A DNA stretch of 64,000 nt, from assembly GCA_050014075.1 (NCBI GenBank), contig JBEKEA010000002.1, positions 26,860 to 90,859 of the forward strand, read 5' to 3'. The position numbers were made by a program, and so were the translations under genes. Within the stretch, counting starts at the first letter, position 1. The number at the start of each line of letters is the position of its first letter. Below the pieces are notes generated by a model that ran no database searches, was not told where the DNA came from, and worked only from the letters and a program-made list of their open reading frames with translations. Source of the stretch: Sedimentisphaerales bacterium. GTDB lineage: Bacteria; Planctomycetota; Phycisphaerae; Sedimentisphaerales; UBA12454. This document shows positions 60,001 through 64,000 of the stretch, piece by piece.

Positions 60001-61584
60001 ATGTCAAAAATACTTGAAATCCTCGGCAGGGCGGTCGCGGTAAATACTGCCGGCCTGCTATGGCAATGGATTGATATGACTATAACTTCTAACCCTCAAG
60101 GCGGGTATGAGGCTATTAATGAAATATTGAATTTGGTTTCCCTGGCCAGTTTTGATATCGCAGAGGAAAGAACCGCAAAATACCTGCTCGAAAGGCCCAG
60201 TTGCGCCGTCGGCAGAATGGCGGCGACCGCACTTTGCCTTGAGAAATCAGACCTTAAAGGGGCGATAGAAAATCTCCAGACGATTTATTGCAAGCAGCCT
60301 AATAATACAATCGCGCTGTATGCGATGGGGCATTGTTATGAAAGACTATATAAGGAAGCGGAAGCGATAGAATTTTATCAGGACTGCCTGAAGTTCAAGA
60401 ATTACCTGGAACTGCCGCGATTGAGACTTGCTGCTATATATTTCAAAAACGGGCAAATCGAAAAGGCAATACAGGAATACCGCAAACAAATCAGCGAATA
60501 TCCAGACGATATAGAAACTCTGGTTTTGCTGGGACATTTGTATATGGAAATAGGCGATAACGAATCGGCGGTTGAGGCGTTTAATAATGCTATTCTGATA
60601 CATCCTGACAATTTTAACAGCACGGCGGGCGAAGAAGAAAAAATCCAGGAATTGATGGACCAGCAAAGCCCTTATGAAGCTATAGATTATTTGAATGAGC
60701 TTCTGGAAAAACAGCCTGAAGCGGCGGATATACATATTCAGCTTGCGGAAATTTTCGCGCAGAACGCAGACTTTGCGCAAGCTGTAGTTCATCTTGAAAA
60801 AGCAATAAGATTCGAGCCAAATTGCCTGGCGGCTTATGTAAAGCTTGGGTCCTTATATGTAATTCATTCAAATTTGTCGCTGGCGGCTGAATTATTTAAT
60901 AAGGCAGGTGCGATAAATGACGAGATTGTTGATGCGTATGTCGGGCTGGCGGCGGCACAGAGGAAACTGGCCGACGAAACTTCAGCGATGGCGACTTTAA
61001 GCCTGGCCGGGGCTATTGTGCAAAACAGCTGCATATTATTTGCCGAGGCGGCAAGATTAAGACTTAGCGCGGCAAACGGGGTTGAAATCGACAAGCAAAC
61101 GGCCGACAAAATCGTTCTTGAGACGTTCGAAAGAGGATATATGGAAAATCCTGAAAATTTCTCTGTCGGATACGCCCTGGGCACAATTCTAATGAAACGC
61201 AGGCAATTCAAACAAGCAGGCGAAAAATTCGCAGATGTTTTCCAAAGAAACGAGACAAATTACAGGGCATTGACAAGACTGATACTTTGCTTTGCCGAAC
61301 TGAATGATAAAACAGCGGCAATGCGATATCTGGAAGCACAAAACAAACCAGGCAGCCAGCTAATAGAACTGCATTACAAAACAGCACTTTTATACTGCAA
61401 CAGGGCAGCATTCATGAACGCCCTTAAGACAAGCAGAAAAGAAGATCTCAAAGACTTCGATGCAGCCTGGACATTTACGACATTAAACGAAACACTTCAG
61501 AATATGGGGCTGATTGACCGAGCTTATGCCTGCTGGAATTTGCTGGGCGATATGGTCAATGCGGCTTCACAACGGACTGAATAA
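60001..61584 (+). CDS. TPR-repeat protein
   Basis: 527 aa with multiple 34-residue A/Y/L-patterned repeats (for example AEAIEFYQDCLKFKNYLELPRLRLAAIYFKNGQIEKAIQEY). Confidence 0.75.
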   Translation: MSKILEILGRAVAVNTAGLLWQWIDMTITSNPQGGYEAINEILNLVSLASFDIAEERTAKYLLERPSCAVGRMAATALCLEKSDLKGAIENLQTIYCKQPNNTIALYAMGHCYERLYKEAEAIEFYQDCLKFKNYLELPRLRLAAIYFKNGQIEKAIQEYRKQISEYPDDIETLVLLGHLYMEIGDNESAVEAFNNAILIHPDNFNSTAGEEEKIQELMDQQSPYEAIDYLNELLEKQPEAADIHIQLAEIFAQNADFAQAVVHLEKAIRFEPNCLAAYVKLGSLYVIHSNLSLAAELFNKAGAINDEIVDAYVGLAAAQRKLADETSAMATLSLAGAIVQNSCILFAEAARLRLSAANGVEIDKQTADKIVLETFERGYMENPENFSVGYALGTILMKRRQFKQAGEKFADVFQRNETNYRALTRLILCFAELNDKTAAMRYLEAQNKPGSQLIELHYKTALLYCNRAAFMNALKTSRKEDLKDFDAAWTFTTLNETLQNMGLIDRAYACWNLLGDMVNAASQRTE

Positions 61585-61757
61585 GCAAATAAACCTTATT
61601 ACGTTATGTGCGGCCATTTTCTAAAAAAGACGAATGAAACATAACATATATTATAGGACGTTATATATAATGCAACAAAACGCCATTAAGAATAGCTTTT
61701 AATGAATTCATCAGCTAAAACGGCCTTGAGGCGATTGTTTAAGGCCCTGTAGAAAGT

Positions 61758-62402
61758 CTATTCGTTTGACTCAGGAATTGTTCTTCGGGACTGCTTTGGT
61801 GCTGTTGTCGTTGTTTGGCCCGATTTAACCGGATTAGGCTTGATTGCAACAGGAATTGAATGCTTCTGGCATGTGCGGCTGACAATCTCAATGGCCTTGC
61901 AGATATTCTTATCGCCATATTGCAGCGAACAGGCAGAGACAACCTGGCAGGCATTGATAATGTGGTCGCGAGACGAGTTTTCCATACCGGCCGGCAGATA
62001 CTTTGAAATATAGGAAATATCTCTAAGAGGCGATATCGCAATAGTAAAAAGTATAAAATTAGTGATTAGTAATCCGCCGGCGAAGGCCAAAATTGCTCCG
62101 CCGATGGTATCTATCAGCCTGGGAAGCGAAACACAGAAAGTTTTAGTCAAATATATAAAGCTTATGAATTGCGTGATAATAAAATAAATAAGTGCCACTA
62201 AAAACATAACCGTGATATTTGCAGATGGGCCGAGGGGGTCTAAATACTCCCCTGCCAGGTCGAGAACCATCGGGGCAAGCATTACACCAAGATAAACGGC
62301 GAGAATAGCATTAAACGCGAAAGGCCAGACGGCGAAAAGGCCTTTTTTGTAGCCCCATAGCCCGAAGAAACCTGCGATAATTAATGTAAATATTAAAACC
62401 AT
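61758..62402 (-). CDS. CvpA-like membrane protein with Cys-rich C-terminal tail
   Basis: The ATG at 62402 (MVLIFTLIIAGFFGLWGYKKGLF) is preferred, which removes the overlap with the upstream ATPase. Four TM segments in a CvpA-like layout (RLIDTIGGAILAFAGGLLITNFILF). Confidence 0.5.
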   Translation of the reverse strand: MVLIFTLIIAGFFGLWGYKKGLFAVWPFAFNAILAVYLGVMLAPMVLDLAGEYLDPLGPSANITVMFLVALIYFIITQFISFIYLTKTFCVSLPRLIDTIGGAILAFAGGLLITNFILFTIAISPLRDISYISKYLPAGMENSSRDHIINACQVVSACSLQYGDKNICKAIEIVSRTCQKHSIPVAIKPNPVKSGQTTTTAPKQSRRTIPESNE

Positions 62403-62412
62403 AATTTCAGCC

Positions 62413-63951
62413 TTAAGAAATCTTCTTAATCTCATCGAGAGATGTAACGCCCGCAATAACAAGTTTCATTGCCTGCTTATGCAGATTGCTTTTCATCTGT
62501 TCATCGTCCTTTGCGCTGCTTGCGATAGTAATTTTGCTCTCGGAAATTTTACGTTTAACCTCCTCGTCAATAACCATAATATCAAAAACTCCAATTCTGC
62601 CTTTATAACCGGTGTCGCTGCAATTGCGGCAGCCAACCGGGGCATATATACCGGCAGGGTCAATATTTTTCTGCTGTAATGCTTTAATCTGCGCATTGCT
62701 CAGCGAGGCGTTTATTTTGCATTCATTGCAAAGTTTTCTGACAAGCCTCTGCGAAATTACGAGGTTAAGACCTGAAGCCATCAGCAAAGGACTGATGTGA
62801 AGATCTAAAAGACGGACCAGTGCGGCGCTATTGCTGCTGCTGTGCATAGTCGCCAAAACCATATGGCCGGTCTGAGAGGCCTTTAAAGCGATAGAAGCCG
62901 TTTCTTCGTCTCGAATTTCGCCAACCATTATAACATCCGGGTCTTGTCTTAATATGCTGCGAAGCGATTTTGCAAAGGTAATATCCGCTTTTGGATTGAC
63001 CTCAATCTGGCTGGCGCCGGTCAGGACGTATTCGACGGGGTCTTCAATCGTAATGACATTGCGGGTGTAAAAATCTATTTCCCTGAGCATCGCATAAAGC
63101 GAGGTGCTCTTGCCACTGCCTGTCGGGCCGCAGAAAAGTATCATCCCGGAATCTTTGCTTAAAGTATCCCTGACAATCTGGCAGGTTCGCTCGTCCATCC
63201 CGACTTCAGGTAAAGTCTGCGGCGCAAGGTTCTGGTTCAATATTCTTATGGAAAGTTTTTCTCCGTGCAATATGCCTGCGCTTGCAACGCGAAAAGATAC
63301 AGAGCCGTCGGGCGTTTTGGCGACAAAAGCGCCGTCCTGCGGCCGGCGTTTTTCGGCTATGTCCATTCCGGAAATCGCCTTAATACTGTTAACGACCGCG
63401 CCGCAAAGATAAGCATCAATTTTTTTATAAGGACTCAACACGCCATCGACTCTGAACCTGACGTCATAGTCAAAATTCTCAGCAGGGTTGATGAGTATAT
63501 CGCTGGCCAGCATTTCAACCGCATCGCCAATCAGTAGTTCGGCGACGGCGACGGTTTGCTTGGCATAGTCATCGTTAGATGTACCGCCGTATATTTCATG
63601 GATACTTCTACCGGATGGGTCGAGAAGTATGATTGAAGAGCTGCCTCGTGCCCCCCCTAACTTTGTGTATTTAATGGTTTTTATGGCGTGACCGAATGTT
63701 ACGATGAAAGCATCGGCTATCGAAACGCCGGTTTGCTCGACCTTCTTAAAAACATCGTAGGTAAAGAATAAAAACAGCACAAAAGGTGCGGCAAACAGCA
63801 TTAATACGTTTGTCCAGGGCTTCAAACGGGAGCTAATCAGGGTGCTAAACTCAAATCTCTGAAGCAGATACATACAAAGATAGACCCAGAAGATAAGAAA
63901 AGCCACTTTATATGGGCTAAACAGCAGTCCTGTCGCAACAAGCATTTTCAA
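62413..63951 (-). CDS. GspE/PilB-family secretion ATPase with N-terminal transmembrane anchor
   Basis: Walker A GPTGSGKST, Asp box DPDVIMVGEIRDEETA, His box GHMVLATMHSS, tetracysteine CNEC...CRNC. The first about 65 aa form 2 hydrophobic helices in place of the usual soluble N1/MshEN domain. Confidence 0.85.
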   Translation of the reverse strand: MKMLVATGLLFSPYKVAFLIFWVYLCMYLLQRFEFSTLISSRLKPWTNVLMLFAAPFVLFLFFTYDVFKKVEQTGVSIADAFIVTFGHAIKTIKYTKLGGARGSSSIILLDPSGRSIHEIYGGTSNDDYAKQTVAVAELLIGDAVEMLASDILINPAENFDYDVRFRVDGVLSPYKKIDAYLCGAVVNSIKAISGMDIAEKRRPQDGAFVAKTPDGSVSFRVASAGILHGEKLSIRILNQNLAPQTLPEVGMDERTCQIVRDTLSKDSGMILFCGPTGSGKSTSLYAMLREIDFYTRNVITIEDPVEYVLTGASQIEVNPKADITFAKSLRSILRQDPDVIMVGEIRDEETASIALKASQTGHMVLATMHSSSNSAALVRLLDLHISPLLMASGLNLVISQRLVRKLCNECKINASLSNAQIKALQQKNIDPAGIYAPVGCRNCSDTGYKGRIGVFDIMVIDEEVKRKISESKITIASSAKDDEQMKSNLHKQAMKLVIAGVTSLDEIKKIS

Positions 63952-63960
63952 ACTTTATTG

Positions 63961-63994
63961 CCCCTCACAAATCCTATTTTTTCCCTATTTTTCC
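63961..63994. repeat. CCTATTTTT tandem element upstream of the GspE-like gene
   Basis: CCCCTCACAAATCCTATTTTTTCCCTATTTTTCC is related to the elements at 55074-55095 and 55434-55457. Confidence 0.55.
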
Positions 63995-64000
63995 TTAATG

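Overview
The 64-kb window comes from a Gram-negative bacterium; LPS genes (lpxD, lpxI, GT9 heptosyltransferase, Kdo/LPS kinase) and two PEP-CTERM proteins are present. The lineage is probably PVC-type (Planctomycetota or Omnitrophota-like), which I cannot confirm without a database search. GC content looks mid-range by eye.

Most of the window is housekeeping:
- ileS (5' fragment), polA, xerD-like recombinase, tRNA-Pro(UGG), glmS.
- An Opp/Dpp-type peptide ABC operon with two tandem substrate-binding paralogs.
- The conserved thrS-infC-rpmI-rplT-pheS cluster.
- A long minus-strand envelope and tRNA-modification block: LPS kinase, lpxI, lpxD, GT9, mnmA, AsmA-like, TPR/transglutaminase-like, DUF167.
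- pyrK-pyrD and dacB.

Accessory or unusual content:
1. Four tandem TMTC/DUF1736-type GT-C glycosyltransferase-TPR paralogs (3.2-10.1 kb). Their array boundaries carry three copies of the polA promoter and 5' coding region, and paralogs 1 and 3 share a gene-conversion-like tract.
2. An HNH-AP2 endonuclease plus zinc-ribbon gene pair.
3. A 96-aa GIY-YIG gene followed by a hairpin-repeat array.
4. An AT-rich type II R-M pair (gamma-class N6-adenine methyltransferase plus PD-(D/E)XK-like nuclease) and a strongly promoted 72-aa orphan, all bracketed by a recurring GTCCC..CTATTT..CCTATTTT element.
5. A membrane-anchored GspE/PilB-like ATPase next to a CvpA-like protein.
6. A very rich intergenic repeat system: elements built of degenerate 7-bp tandem units at 14 or more sites, variable-stem hairpins with conserved flanks, and three gene-free mosaic blocks of about 0.6-1.1 kb that share shuffled modules. 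This repeat system is the most striking feature of the window.

I saw no rRNA, CRISPR array, transposase or prophage. All calls rest on reading the sequence and ORF track by eye. No searches or computations were run, and identity percentages are rough visual estimates.
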